Shown: in pieces, positions 45,360 through 55,899 of the stretch
Position numbering within the stretch: the first letter of the stretch is position 1
Layout of the letters: every line of letters begins with the position of its first letter
From: an uncultured Spirochaetota bacterium
GTDB taxonomy: Bacteria; Spirochaetota; Spirochaetia; SZUA-6; Fen-1364
Reading direction: 5' to 3'
Assembly: GCA_963845535.1 (NCBI GenBank)
Contig: CAWJSK010000012.1
Location: 722,339-786,338, forward strand
DNA length: 64,000 bases
Made by a program: the position numbers and the translations under genes
The notes under the pieces: generated by a model
The model's input: the letters and a program-made list of their open reading frames with translations, nothing else
The model's database searches: none
What the model was told of the DNA's origin: nothing

Positions 45360-46187
45360 CTACCCTGCCCGGTAGGTCCCCAGCACGCGCAGGTCCTCCG
45401 TAACGCCTTTCAACTCTCCCATGCACGCGCCGAACACGGACGGGTCTGACGGCAGGTCCACATCGATATAGAACAGATACTGCCAAGGCTTGCCGAGGAT
45501 AGGACGGGACTCGAGTTTCTTCATGTTCAGTCCTTTTTCCGCCAGGACCTGGAGGGCGCGGAACAGCGCGCCGGGCTTGTCCGCAACGGAGAAGCAGAAC
45601 GACCCCTTGCCCTTCTCCCGCAGCTCGGATGCATTCGGCTCCTCCGTCTCCCGCGCAATCACGAAGAACCGCGTGTAGTTCTGGACGTTCGTTTCGAGGC
45701 CTTGCTTGAGGACGGCAAGACCGTAGACCTCGGCCGCCTCCGCGCTTGCTATGGCGGCATTTTCCAGGGACTTCTTCTCCGCAACAAAGCGAGCGGCGCC
45801 CGCCGTATCATAGAACGCCACGGGCTCCCAATCCGGGTGGCCCTCGAGGAACCTCCCGCATTGCGCAAGCCCCTGGGGATGGGAATATACGCGCTTGATG
45901 CTCGAAAGCGATGCCCCGGGAAGGGCGATCAGCTTGTGCTCGATTCGGATCTTCTGTTCCCCGATGATCCTGATGTCCGGATACTGCAGCAGAAGGTCAT
46001 AGTTCTGGTGGATGGAGCCGGTAAGCGAGTTTTCGATTGGCACCATCCCGAAACCCGCCCTGCCCTCCAGCACCGCCTCGAACACTGACGGGAACTCGGG
46101 GACGGGAAGGGGTTTCACCTCGCCCGCGAACCAATGGCGGATGGCCTTTTCTCCATACGCCCCGCGTTCACCCTGGTAGGCCACCAC
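45360..46187 (-). CDS. pheA: Prephenate dehydratase (PDT + ACT domains)
   Basis: VAYQGERGAYGE, IENSLTGSIHQNYDLL and LESRPILGKPWQYLFYID. The GTG start is uncertain and the frame stays open upstream. Confidence 0.85.
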   Translation of the reverse strand: MVAYQGERGAYGEKAIRHWFAGEVKPLPVPEFPSVFEAVLEGRAGFGMVPIENSLTGSIHQNYDLLLQYPDIRIIGEQKIRIEHKLIALPGASLSSIKRVYSHPQGLAQCGRFLEGHPDWEPVAFYDTAGAARFVAEKKSLENAAIASAEAAEVYGLAVLKQGLETNVQNYTRFFVIARETEEPNASELREKGKGSFCFSVADKPGALFRALQVLAEKGLNMKKLESRPILGKPWQYLFYIDVDLPSDPSVFGACMGELKGVTEDLRVLGTYRAG

Positions 46188-47359
46188 GGCGCCGTCGGTG
46201 CGCGCGGCCAGCCCAGCGGCGGGCCCGCCAGCCTTGCCTGGCTTGACGGCGCCCGGCCCACTTCCACCGCGCCGCGACCGTGCGCGCCACGGCTCGAAGC
46301 GGTCACCTTCCCGGCGGCAGTCGGTTCCGGCAACCGCGCCAGCTCCTTGCCGAGCACGGGAGCCATGGCCTCGATGTCCCTCATCAGCTTCTCGAACTGC
46401 TCGGGGTAAAGGGACTGGGGCCCATCGGACAGGGCTTTCTCCGGGTCAACGTGGACCTCAACCGTGATCCCGTCCGCGCCGGCGGCAATCGCGGCAAGCG
46501 CCATGGGCGGCACCTTGGCCCTGATCCCGGTCCCGTGGCTCGGGTCGACGATGATGGGAAGGTGGCTCAGCTTCTTCACGACGGGGATGGCGGAAAGGTC
46601 CAGCGTGTTGCGGGTGGAGGTCTCGAAGGTCCGGATGCCGCGCTCGCAGAGGATCACGTCGTCGGTGCCGGCGGCAAGGAGATATTCCGCGGACATGAGA
46701 AGGTCCTGGATGGTGGCGGCAAGCCCGCGCTTGAGCAGCACGGGCTTGCCCAGGCTGCCCACGCGCTTGAGCAGCTCGAAGTTCTGCATGTTACGCGCGC
46801 CGATCTGCAGCACGTCCACGTAGTCCCTCATCAGGTCCGCATGCTCCGGGGTGACGATCTCAGAAACGACCGACATCCCGTACGCCTCACCGGCCTCCTT
46901 GAGGTGCTTCAGTCCCTCCTCACCGAGACCCTGAAACGCGTAGGGGGAAGTGCGCGGCTTCCACGCGCCCCCACGGAAGAGCACGGCTCCGGATTCCCTG
47001 ACTGCTGCCGCGCATTCCATGGTCTGTTCGCGGCTTTCCACGGCGCACGGACCGGCAATGGCGATGATCCGAAGCCCGCCAATGCGCACAATCCCCGCGG
47101 GACCGCGGATGGAGATGACGGTGTCCTCTTTGCGGAACTCGCGGGAGGCAAGCTTGTAGGGCGAGCTGATGGGGATGACGCGGGCAACGCCCGGGAGCAG
47201 CTCAACCTCTCGGAGGTCCATCCCGGATGTTCCCACCGCGCCCAGGATGGTCTCCTCCTGACCCACGATCTCGCGGATGGTATATCCGCGGGCGGTCAGG
47301 AACTCCCTGATGTGATTCTTGTCCTGATCCCGGATTGTGCGCTCGAGTACAATGACCAT
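46115..47359 (-). CDS. 3-deoxy-7-phosphoheptulonate (DAHP) synthase, type I-beta, with an N-terminal regulatory domain
   Basis: IIAIAGPCAVES, KPRTSPYAFQGLG and IIVDPSHGTG. The last ~75 aa are low-complexity and overlap pheA by 73 nt, so the 3' end is uncertain. Confidence 0.85.
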   Translation of the reverse strand: MVIVLERTIRDQDKNHIREFLTARGYTIREIVGQEETILGAVGTSGMDLREVELLPGVARVIPISSPYKLASREFRKEDTVISIRGPAGIVRIGGLRIIAIAGPCAVESREQTMECAAAVRESGAVLFRGGAWKPRTSPYAFQGLGEEGLKHLKEAGEAYGMSVVSEIVTPEHADLMRDYVDVLQIGARNMQNFELLKRVGSLGKPVLLKRGLAATIQDLLMSAEYLLAAGTDDVILCERGIRTFETSTRNTLDLSAIPVVKKLSHLPIIVDPSHGTGIRAKVPPMALAAIAAGADGITVEVHVDPEKALSDGPQSLYPEQFEKLMRDIEAMAPVLGKELARLPEPTAAGKVTASSRGAHGRGAVEVGRAPSSQARLAGPPLGWPRAPTAPWWPTRVNAGRMEKRPSAIGSRAR

Positions 47360-47390
47360 TGCGGATGTTCCTTTGTGGTCCCCGCGCGCC

Positions 47391-48449
47391 TTACCCCGAG
47401 CGGGGCGCTCCGACGGTCACGCGGTTCCTGCCTTTCTCCTTGGATTGGTAGAGGGCCCGGTCAGCCTCACGGACGACCTCTGACGGGGCGTACTCCGTCT
47501 CCGGATCGAACTCCGTCACACCGACGGAGACGGTGACGTGCAGGGACGGCCCTCCGTTCGAGCTGGGAAAGGCGAAAGTCTCGATCTTTCTCCGTATCCT
47601 CTCGGCAACCACAACCGCGCCCTTGATGTCGACCGCCGGGAGGATGATGGCGAACTCCTCCCCTCCGTAGCGCGCCGGGAAATCCACCTGGCGGATGGAC
47701 CGCGCGAGCTGCCGCGCAATCTCGCGGATGATCCTGTCCCCCTGGAGATGTCCGTAGATGTCGTTGAAGTCCTTGAAGTGGTCTATGTCGAACATGAGGA
47801 GGCAGAAGGTTGACTTGTAGCGCCGCGCGCGCTCCAGCTCCTCGTCCAGCGTCTTCTCGAAGAAGTGATGGGAGAACAGTCCCGTCATGCGGTCCGTGGT
47901 GGCCTGGCGGAAGAGGCTCGCGTTCTCAATGGCAATGGAGGCGAAGCGGACAATGCGGGTGACGTACTGCAGGTCCGAAAGGCCGTAGGGGGAGCCCGTC
48001 CCGCTGCCGGGCAGGAGCAGGATGCCGATGGAGCCTTTGTCCGTGCGCAGGGGCACAATCATGTCGATCCCCATGGCCGCAAATCTCTCCACGACGACCT
48101 TGTCGGGGAAGCTCTCCCGGAAATAGGAGAAAGGGATCTGGCTGTACTCATCCTTGTCCAGGAACGCAAGAAGGGGGACCACGGACGGCAAATCGATGGA
48201 CAAGTCCTCCCGCTTCACCCCGCGATAGAAAATGACCTGGGGGGCGCTTTCCTCCATCTCACCAGGAAGAAGCACGGTGACGGTTTCCATCTGGAACTTG
48301 GACACGAAGCTCCAGACCACATTCTTGATGACGTTCTCGATGTCGAGCTGTGCAGTGATCTGAAAGGCGATCTCGATGATCTCCTTCAGGTCCTGATTCT
48401 CCCTGTCGAGCGGCACCTCGTGAAGCTCATCGACAAGTCCGCTTTCCAT
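47391..48449 (-). CDS. GAF-GGDEF diguanylate cyclase
   Basis: Active site RYGGEEFAIILP with an RQVD I-site 5 aa upstream. The N-terminal region is GAF-like. Start is M67 of the ORF. Confidence 0.88.
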   Translation of the reverse strand: MESGLVDELHEVPLDRENQDLKEIIEIAFQITAQLDIENVIKNVVWSFVSKFQMETVTVLLPGEMEESAPQVIFYRGVKREDLSIDLPSVVPLLAFLDKDEYSQIPFSYFRESFPDKVVVERFAAMGIDMIVPLRTDKGSIGILLLPGSGTGSPYGLSDLQYVTRIVRFASIAIENASLFRQATTDRMTGLFSHHFFEKTLDEELERARRYKSTFCLLMFDIDHFKDFNDIYGHLQGDRIIREIARQLARSIRQVDFPARYGGEEFAIILPAVDIKGAVVVAERIRRKIETFAFPSSNGGPSLHVTVSVGVTEFDPETEYAPSEVVREADRALYQSKEKGRNRVTVGAPRSG

Positions 48450-48555
48450 TGAATGGGCAGTATACCCCAGCCAGGGGTTCCTTGCCAAGTTTTCCCCGGG
48501 CGGGTGTTGGGCAGGTGTCAACGCGCCGGAATGGCGGATGCGCCCCTGGGTTGCC

Positions 48556-49908
48556 TCAGAAAGCCATGGGATAGAACACGAGGCCTGAGACGGGCTTGGG
48601 ATAGAAGTACGTCGACTTCCGCGGCATGCGCTCGTTGTTCTCCGCAATCGCCAGAACGTCCCCGAGGCTGGTGGAGTTCAGGACAAGGGCCACGTCCATG
48701 TCTCCGGCGTGGACCCTGGCGACGGCCTCATCCACGTCCTTGGTGTAGGCGATATTGGTGGCGAGATTGAGCTGCTCCTCGGTTATCCCGAGGATCTGAT
48801 CCAGGATCAGCGTATTGAGGATGTTCACGTCGAGCAGTTTCCACACGGAAGAGAAATCCAGCCGGACGAGCTCTTCGTACGCCTCCTCATCCCGCAGCGT
48901 GAGCAGATAATACCCGACCGTGTTCACGACGTACGCGCCGAACTTATGCTCCCCCGGCGCCACGTTTTTCAGGTCCCGCAGCCAGCGGCTTCGCACCTCC
49001 AGCTCGTTGTCCTCGCGAAAAGGGTACTTCTTCACGTGGAAGTGCTCCAGGATGGAAACGCCGAGCTGGTAGAGGTCCTCCACCTTGATCCCGTGCAGCA
49101 TGCGGTGGGTCGGGAGAATGGCAAGGTCCTCGTGCTCGGAGTTGACGAGGAACATCATGATGTATTCCCAGGGAGCATCCGGACCGGCATCCGGATGGCG
49201 CGCGCGCATTCGATCACGGACGGTGAGCATGGTCTGGTAGCGATGGTGGCCGTCCGCGATGTAGATCATCTGCCGGGCCATGGTGCGCTGAATGACATCA
49301 CAGCGCTCGGGGTCCGTCATGCGCCACATGCGATGGCGCACGCCAATAGGCTGCTCCAGGAAGTCCACGATGGGAGCATCCTTCGTCTGGTCGCAGATGA
49401 CGGTGTCGATGCTGGCGCCCTTGTCCCGATACAGGCCCACGATGTACTCGAACTGGGTGGCCGTGGTCTCCGTCAGCCTGATCCGGTCCTCCAGCGGCCC
49501 TTTGATCACCTTCTCATGGGGGAGGATCCGGCGCTCCTCATAATCGCGGAGCTTCACCAGGCCAATGAAGCCCCGGATCCGCCTCCTGCCCTCATCCGGG
49601 AGGTCGAACTCCTGGTCGTAGACCCAGAAGGAAGGGCGCACCGTGCGGCGCAAGGTTCCGTCCCCAAGCCACCGGGCAAGGAAGTCACGCGCGCGGGTGT
49701 AGCGGTTCTCCGCATCGTTGTCCCCCGGCTCGGTCTTGCCCAGGATGAGCCGCACCACGTTGTGCGGGTCCTGGCGGTAATACGCGTGCTGGAGGGCCGG
49801 GGAGATTACGTCGTAGGGTTGGGACAAGCACAGTCCGACGTCGGGGACAACAGTCGGATCATAATGGAGCGCTCGGAAAGGTCGTACATCGTTGATCGCG
49901 TCTGCCAT
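48556..49908 (-). CDS. DUF1015 family protein
   Basis: N-terminus VRPFRALHYDP and the size (450 aa) are typical of DUF1015. Confidence 0.7.
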   Translation of the reverse strand: MADAINDVRPFRALHYDPTVVPDVGLCLSQPYDVISPALQHAYYRQDPHNVVRLILGKTEPGDNDAENRYTRARDFLARWLGDGTLRRTVRPSFWVYDQEFDLPDEGRRRIRGFIGLVKLRDYEERRILPHEKVIKGPLEDRIRLTETTATQFEYIVGLYRDKGASIDTVICDQTKDAPIVDFLEQPIGVRHRMWRMTDPERCDVIQRTMARQMIYIADGHHRYQTMLTVRDRMRARHPDAGPDAPWEYIMMFLVNSEHEDLAILPTHRMLHGIKVEDLYQLGVSILEHFHVKKYPFREDNELEVRSRWLRDLKNVAPGEHKFGAYVVNTVGYYLLTLRDEEAYEELVRLDFSSVWKLLDVNILNTLILDQILGITEEQLNLATNIAYTKDVDEAVARVHAGDMDVALVLNSTSLGDVLAIAENNERMPRKSTYFYPKPVSGLVFYPMAF

Positions 49909-50033
49909 CTCACGGACGTTAGATCAGAAGCCGGCTCGGGTCAAGCGCGCCGCTGCCGCCGCGCCTTCCGCGCCAGCGTCGCCGCCGCGCCGCCCCCTGC
50001 GCACCCACCCGTGCCGCGCCGGCGTTGCCCGCC

Positions 50034-50591
50034 TTACCAGGCCGCGTTGAACGACCCCCAGGAGAGCCGCATGCCCACCACGGGCGAATAGGTTCCCAGC
50101 CGCGTCCCGATCCCGCTGTGCGGATCGATGTCGGCAAGGCCCTGCATGCCGGCATACGCGGAGAGCTGCATCCACGGCGTGACGGCAATTCCCAGCTCGA
50201 GGTTCGCTTCACCGAACAGCACGGCGAGCCCGGACTGCGTCCCCGCAAAAGTCGCTGAGACGCCTCCGAGACCCGTCCAGAGGTTGACTGCGAAGGTGAA
50301 CGGCCCCGCGCGGACCTCCTGGCCGATGATGGCGCCTCCGACTCCCCCGACAACGGACCCCGTCCCTTGCGGCGAATAGATGGCGTACCCAAACCCTCCG
50401 GTGCGCTGGCCGCCGCTGCTGACGCCGTACCCGAATCCCCCCACCTCGCTTGCGGAAAACGTCGAGTTGCTGAACCCCTCGACGTAGTGCTGGTCGCTCC
50501 ATGTCACGCCGCCCGCGCCCCTGGCAAAAGCGCCGCCAAGGGGAAGAGTCATGGCGGCGAGCGCGAAAATGACGATTCTTGCGTTGCTCAT
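50034..50591 (-). CDS. Small Gly-rich outer-membrane beta-barrel-like protein
   Basis: Signal peptide MSNARIVIFALAAMTLPLGGAFA, alternating Gly/aromatic strands and a C-terminal aromatic residue (NAAW). Confidence 0.55.
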   Translation of the reverse strand: MSNARIVIFALAAMTLPLGGAFARGAGGVTWSDQHYVEGFSNSTFSASEVGGFGYGVSSGGQRTGGFGYAIYSPQGTGSVVGGVGGAIIGQEVRAGPFTFAVNLWTGLGGVSATFAGTQSGLAVLFGEANLELGIAVTPWMQLSAYAGMQGLADIDPHSGIGTRLGTYSPVVGMRLSWGSFNAAW

Positions 50592-50695
50592 GACTATCCA
50601 ACCCCGCGGTTTTCCGCGGGCGTCACCATCGACGGCTCGGCGGCCCTTCTTGGTTTTCAACCGACGGCTTCAATCGGCGGCTTTAACCGGTGACT

Positions 50696-53170
50696 TCAGT
50701 CGAGAAGCGGATTGCCCTTGTGCGGGATCGGTGGGTTCGTATCAGGGGCCGGCACATCGATGGGAGGCTTCGCGGCGCCTGCGCCGGCCATGTCGGTGTC
50801 GATGAGAGACCTTCGGAGGTTCTCCTCGATCGTCTCGGCGCGGCTGGCATTGTATTCATCCACCTCGTCGAAGGTCTTCGGCTCCGTGCCGGCAAGGAAT
50901 ATCTCGTCAATCGTTTTCTTCGTGTACGCCGTGGGGAGGAGACCAGAGGTTGCGCTGACCTCCATGTCCACGAGCCCCGTCGGGGGCCGGTCGAACTGCC
51001 TGATCGGCAGGCCCTGATGGACCGCCTTCATGAACTTTGCCCAGGTCGGACCCGCGATGGCCGCGCCGGTAAGCTCCGTTCCCAGAGACCTGTTTCCCTC
51101 GTCGAAGCCGTACCACACGGCCGTGCACAGATAGGGGGAGAAACCGACTGTCCATGCGTCGGACCAGTTCTGCGTCGTTCCCGTCTTGCCGGCGTACGGC
51201 TGGCTCTTGCCGCTCCATATGTCCAGCAGGTTGCCCACGCCGCCAAGTGAGCCTTCCTTGATGACGCTCTGCAGCATGCTCGTCATGATGTACGCCGTCT
51301 GCGGGCTCATGATCTGCGCGGCGTCTCCTTTGCGCGCCTCCTGTTCCAGGACCTTCTTCGCCGGCTCGAGGATGACCTTGCCGTTCCTGTCCTCCACGTA
51401 GCGGATTGCCACGGGCACGACCTCGCGGCCCCCGTTGGCAAAGACGGAGTACGCCCGCGCCATCTGAAGCGGGGACACGCTGACAACGCCCAGCCCCAGG
51501 GGATAGTAACGCGGGAAAGTCTTCTCGATCTCCGCCGGATCAGTGATCCCCAGCATGCGGCTTGCCCGCTGGATGGCGGCGTCGAATCCAATCCCGTCCA
51601 GGATCTTCAGGGACGGCACATTCATGGACTCGGCAAGCGCGTCACGCATCAGGACGCGCCCGTGCCACTCCCCCTTGTAGTTCAGCGGCTCGTACAGCGT
51701 GCCGTCCGGGTTGGTGAATACAACGGGAGCGTCCAGGATCATTGTGGCCGGGGTGAACATGCGTGAATCGATGGCCGCGGAGTAATACAGCGGCTTGAAC
51801 GCGGAGCCGGGCTCCACGCGCGCTTGCGTTGCCCGGTTGAACTGGTCCACGCCGAAATCCTTGCCGCCCACCATGGCCATGATGTACCCGTTGCTCGGAT
51901 CGATGCTGATGAGGGCCCCCTGCACCTGCGTCCGGCGGGCCACGTTGAACGCGGCCGCATCCCCGGCGGCGACAATGCCCTGGGGGCGGTCCAGGGAGAA
52001 CATCGACGTGGCAAGCTCCACGACGGGATTGATGCTCGTTGCGTACTGGCGCTTCGCGCTCGCGGAGACGTTGCGGTCCCGGTTCAAAAGCTCGTCGATG
52101 TTGTAGGACAGACCCAGCATGTCCATCACCGGGAGAAGCGCCGCGCTCGCCTGGGCCGTGCGCTGCTTCGTCAGGTCGAGGTAGCGGTTGTTGACCGCTT
52201 CGATATCCTCCGCCATGCGCTCCTGCGCTACTTTCTGGTAGTCGAGATCGAGAGTTGTGTGAACAACGAGTCCGTCAGTGAGGATGTCGTAGGAGCCGCC
52301 GAGCATGTCCTCGAGCTGGCTTCGAATGTATTCGCTGAACCAGGGCGCCTTGTCCTCACGCTCATAGTAGGCGGTGGAATTGGGTCGGGTGTAATCGTAT
52401 TTCGACCAGTAGTCGCTGAAGGAGGAGTCCGCGTCCTGCTGCGTCACGTATCCCAGGCCCACCATCTGATCCAGCACGAGTCGCTGCAGCTTCTGCGCGC
52501 GCTGCGGGTTCTTGATGGGAGAATAGAGGCCGGGCTTGGCGAGCTGGATCACGAGCATCACGGACTCCGCCAGCGTGTCCTCCTGGACGGGATGCCGGAA
52601 GAAGAACTTGCTGGCGGCTTGCACGCCCTGCGTGTTGTGCCCGAAAGGCATCTCGTTGAGGTACATCTGGAGGATCTCCTGCTTGGTGTACCTGCGCTCC
52701 ATCTGGATTGCCCACCACAGCTCCACGAGCTTGCGCCGGATGGAAATGTCGGACCTGTTCGCGTATAGGCGTCCTGCCAGTTGCTGCGTCAGCGTGCTTG
52801 CCCCCGAGACGTAGCGCCCGGTCACGATGTTGAAAAGCGCGCGCGCCATGCCCCGGAGGCTGAAGCCGTGATGGGAAAAAAAATCGCGGTCTTCCCGCGT
52901 GAGGAGGGCGTCGATGAGGTAGCGCGGCACCTGGTCAAGGGTGACCAACTCCCGGTTCTGGTCTCCGAAGAACTCCGTGATCACCCTGTCATGGATGTCG
53001 AGGACCTTCGTGGGGAGAGCCATGGCGCGGTCAGCGAACATCTCTTTTTCGGAGATATTTCTCGTGGCGGCCAGGGCCAGCCCGAGAGCAGCCCCCAGGA
53101 GCAGCGCGGAAACACTGGCGGCGGTTAGCAGTCGCCGGAAAAGGGTACTCGCGGGGGGGACGCCAGGCAC
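50696..53170 (-). CDS. mrcA: Penicillin-binding protein 1A (bifunctional glycosyltransferase/transpeptidase)
   Basis: GT51 motifs EDRDFFSHHGF and GASTLTQQLA. Transpeptidase motifs SAFKP (SxxK) and KTGTT. 824 aa. Confidence 0.93.
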   Translation of the reverse strand: MPGVPPASTLFRRLLTAASVSALLLGAALGLALAATRNISEKEMFADRAMALPTKVLDIHDRVITEFFGDQNRELVTLDQVPRYLIDALLTREDRDFFSHHGFSLRGMARALFNIVTGRYVSGASTLTQQLAGRLYANRSDISIRRKLVELWWAIQMERRYTKQEILQMYLNEMPFGHNTQGVQAASKFFFRHPVQEDTLAESVMLVIQLAKPGLYSPIKNPQRAQKLQRLVLDQMVGLGYVTQQDADSSFSDYWSKYDYTRPNSTAYYEREDKAPWFSEYIRSQLEDMLGGSYDILTDGLVVHTTLDLDYQKVAQERMAEDIEAVNNRYLDLTKQRTAQASAALLPVMDMLGLSYNIDELLNRDRNVSASAKRQYATSINPVVELATSMFSLDRPQGIVAAGDAAAFNVARRTQVQGALISIDPSNGYIMAMVGGKDFGVDQFNRATQARVEPGSAFKPLYYSAAIDSRMFTPATMILDAPVVFTNPDGTLYEPLNYKGEWHGRVLMRDALAESMNVPSLKILDGIGFDAAIQRASRMLGITDPAEIEKTFPRYYPLGLGVVSVSPLQMARAYSVFANGGREVVPVAIRYVEDRNGKVILEPAKKVLEQEARKGDAAQIMSPQTAYIMTSMLQSVIKEGSLGGVGNLLDIWSGKSQPYAGKTGTTQNWSDAWTVGFSPYLCTAVWYGFDEGNRSLGTELTGAAIAGPTWAKFMKAVHQGLPIRQFDRPPTGLVDMEVSATSGLLPTAYTKKTIDEIFLAGTEPKTFDEVDEYNASRAETIEENLRRSLIDTDMAGAGAAKPPIDVPAPDTNPPIPHKGNPLLD

Positions 53171-53221
53171 AAGGAAAAGATACGTAACCGGAAACCCATG
53201 GTCAAAGCCAGGTGGGCAGCG

Positions 53222-54364
53222 TCACGCCAACGCCTTGATTCCCTTTTCATAGACCCGGTACGTCTTTACGCGGTCCAGCCCAAGTTTCTCCAGCGCGTTC
53301 CTGATCCTGAGGTTGTCCTCCAGGATATAATTTGCCTCCAGCCTCCGTATCTTCGGCGAGAGGGCTCGAAATATCTGGAGATAGAGAAGCACATCCAGGC
53401 CTTTGCCCTGGTAGCGCGGCAGAACGGCCAGGGCGAACAAACGGTAGTCCGGAAGCTTTTTGACCCCCGTGAGGAGCCTGAGAAACCCGAGGGGGAAGAG
53501 GCGACCATCCACTTTCTTCAGTATCATGTTGAGGTCGGGGAACCCGAGGGCGAAACCCACCGGCTTTCCTTCATCCAGCACGAACCAGACCGCATCAGGG
53601 TCCGCAATGGGACGCAGCTTTCGGAACATCTCCTGGAACTCGTCGCGCTCCAGAGGCACATAGCCCCAATTGTCCTTGAGGGCGACATTGGAGATATCCA
53701 TGATGGCATCAGCGTCACGGGCGAGGTTGCGCATGGAGATTCGCCGGACGGTCAGGTTGGGGTTGCGGGCGAGCAGCCTGTCGGCGAAGTCCCGAAACCT
53801 GCGCGGGATGTCGTAGCCTCGATCAGTGCTTGCCTCGTACGCAAGGAGATCCTTTGCTTTCGAGTAGCCGAGAGACATCATGAAATCGTTGTAATAGGGG
53901 GGATTGTAAGGCGCCATGAAAACCGGAGCGGCCTGGAAGCCCTCGGAGAGGAACCCCCAGCTTTCAGAGATGGGATGGATGGGCCCGCGCACCGTCTGCA
54001 TTCCCCGCCGGGAAAGCCAGGCAACGGCCGCCTCATCAAGCGCGGAGGCGATTGACAGGTCCTCCACGCATTCAAAGGCGCCGAAGAATCCGGTCCTGGC
54101 GCCGTAGAACGCGTTGAAGTTATTGTCGATGTAGACGAGGCTCCTTCCCAGGACGTCCCTGCCGTCCTCCGCCAGGACGAGCGTAAAATCGGAATGCGAA
54201 AGGATGGCGTTCTTTCGAGGAGTGTAGGCGCTCTTTTCATCCACCCACAAAGGCGGAGCCCAGAACGGATCCTCCCGGTACAAACGCCGGGGGAACGAAA
54301 CGAACCGCCTGAGGTCTGCTTTCGAAGCGACTTCGCGGATGCGCATGCGGGTTTTCAGCTTCAC
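53222..54364 (-). CDS. GNAT-like N-acetyltransferase family protein
   Basis: FVSFPRRLYREDPFWAPPLWVDE N-terminal pattern and a C-terminal acetyl-CoA-like motif LPRYQGKGLDVLLY. Confidence 0.65.
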   Translation of the reverse strand: MKLKTRMRIREVASKADLRRFVSFPRRLYREDPFWAPPLWVDEKSAYTPRKNAILSHSDFTLVLAEDGRDVLGRSLVYIDNNFNAFYGARTGFFGAFECVEDLSIASALDEAAVAWLSRRGMQTVRGPIHPISESWGFLSEGFQAAPVFMAPYNPPYYNDFMMSLGYSKAKDLLAYEASTDRGYDIPRRFRDFADRLLARNPNLTVRRISMRNLARDADAIMDISNVALKDNWGYVPLERDEFQEMFRKLRPIADPDAVWFVLDEGKPVGFALGFPDLNMILKKVDGRLFPLGFLRLLTGVKKLPDYRLFALAVLPRYQGKGLDVLLYLQIFRALSPKIRRLEANYILEDNLRIRNALEKLGLDRVKTYRVYEKGIKALA

Positions 54365-54446
54365 GCCATGATATGGCCTGAAGCCTCTTCCTGCAAGCGA
54401 GCGGATGCGGCGCGCGTCCCTGGATCAACGTACCCGATCTGAAGAC

Positions 54447-54728
54447 CTACCAGATCTCGAAAAGAAGGGGCTGGGCGCCGAGGCTGGAAACGAGCACGGG
54501 GTGTCGCGAGCGCGAGAGGCCCACACAGGCCCCCCGGTCCGCCACTACATCCCGGACGCATTCGCTGATCCAGGCAGTGCCTGACAGCACGTGCACGTGT
54601 CTGCGGGCGCGCGGTATGCGGAGCAGCTCTCCGGGCAAGAGCGCCAGTCGGAGCACGGGCCGCGCTTCTTTTGCGGCCACCCCTCTGGCGGCATTCTGAA
54701 AGATCATGCTGATATCGGCGCCGCTCAT
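54447..54728 (-). CDS. Small hypothetical protein (possibly DUF2917-like)
   Basis: 93-aa ORF overlapping the upstream Lrp gene stop by 4 nt, with a VHVLSGTAWISE pattern. Confidence 0.4.
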   Translation of the reverse strand: MSGADISMIFQNAARGVAAKEARPVLRLALLPGELLRIPRARRHVHVLSGTAWISECVRDVVADRGACVGLSRSRHPVLVSSLGAQPLLFEIW

Positions 54729-55204
54729 GATAAGCTCCCTTCTTCCATCTCTGCCCTTGCCGGCTCGACGTAATTTGTTTCCTTGTACGACGAAAGGACA
54801 ATGTTCGTTACTGACCTGATCGAATCCGACCTGCTCTTGATTGCCATGAGGAGCCGCTCAAGCTGCTTCGGCCCTTCCGCCCTGATCTTCAGGATGTAGC
54901 AGTCCTCTCCCGCCACATTGTGGCATTCCAGGATGTCGGGTTCCGCCGCGCACAGCTTCTGGATGGCCGCGTTGATGGTCTGGTTCGTCGCGTTCACTCG
55001 GACAAACGCGAGCATGGGCTTGCCCAGCATGTCGGCGTTCACGATGGCCACGTAGCGCTTGAGGATTCCCTTTTTCTCCAGCTTCTTGACGCGCTCATGC
55101 ACGGAGGAAGCGGTGAGGCCCACCTTGTCGGCAATCTCCGCGTTCGAGAGGCGCGCATTTTCCTGGAGGATACTGATGATCTTTTTGTCTGTTGCATCGA
55201 TCAT
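54725..55204 (-). CDS. Lrp/AsnC family transcriptional regulator
   Basis: HTH ARLSNAEIADKVGLTASSVHERVKKLEKKGIL plus a RAM-type C-terminal domain. Confidence 0.92.
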   Translation of the reverse strand: MIDATDKKIISILQENARLSNAEIADKVGLTASSVHERVKKLEKKGILKRYVAIVNADMLGKPMLAFVRVNATNQTINAAIQKLCAAEPDILECHNVAGEDCYILKIRAEGPKQLERLLMAIKSRSDSIRSVTNIVLSSYKETNYVEPARAEMEEGSLS

Positions 55205-55341
55205 GCATATATCATACTGCCAATTGAGTATTATGTCAAATGGTATTTGGCAAATATATCAATTTGCCAAATAATATTCGGAAGCATAGCCTGATACACG
55301 TCGCCTTGCGCTCACCCTGCGCTCTCAGCTACACTCCCTCC

Positions 55342-55890
55342 ATGAGAAAGCTCATCCAGCAGTATGCGAAGGACCTTACCTCAGGTCGCCTCGAATCGGG
55401 ATACGAGCACTCCTTTCGGGTCTACCATCTCACCCGTGAGATAGGAGAGGAAGCGAGCTATGATGACGACGTTCTGCACGCCGCATGCTTCCTCCACGAC
55501 ATCGAGATGTCGAAAGGCCACCCCCGCAGCTCCGCGGAAAAGGCGGAGGCAATCCTCCATGAGACGGGGTTCGTCCCCGACAAGATCCCGCTGGTGATCG
55601 ACGCAATCCTCAACCACATGCCGGATGGCTCCCCCTCCACAACGGAGGCCATGCTTCTCTTCGACGCCAACCTGCTGGATTCCATCGGCGCGGTGGGCTT
55701 TGCCCGCCTGGCCGCCGGCGCGGTGGTGTGGTACCACTACTCGACAATGAAGGAAGTCCTGGACTACATCACCCGCGAGCTTTCCTTCACGCAGAAACTC
55801 CACTTCGACACGAGCCGCAGGCTCGCGGAGGACAAGATCGCCTTCACAAAGAAGGCAATCGAACAGTTCGCCAAAGAGCTGCACCTGTAG
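55342..55890 (+). CDS. HD-domain protein
   Basis: HSFRVYHLT and AACFLHDIEM (HD motif). Confidence 0.75.
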   Translation: MRKLIQQYAKDLTSGRLESGYEHSFRVYHLTREIGEEASYDDDVLHAACFLHDIEMSKGHPRSSAEKAEAILHETGFVPDKIPLVIDAILNHMPDGSPSTTEAMLLFDANLLDSIGAVGFARLAAGAVVWYHYSTMKEVLDYITRELSFTQKLHFDTSRRLAEDKIAFTKKAIEQFAKELHL

Positions 55891-55899
55891 GCTGAAGCC

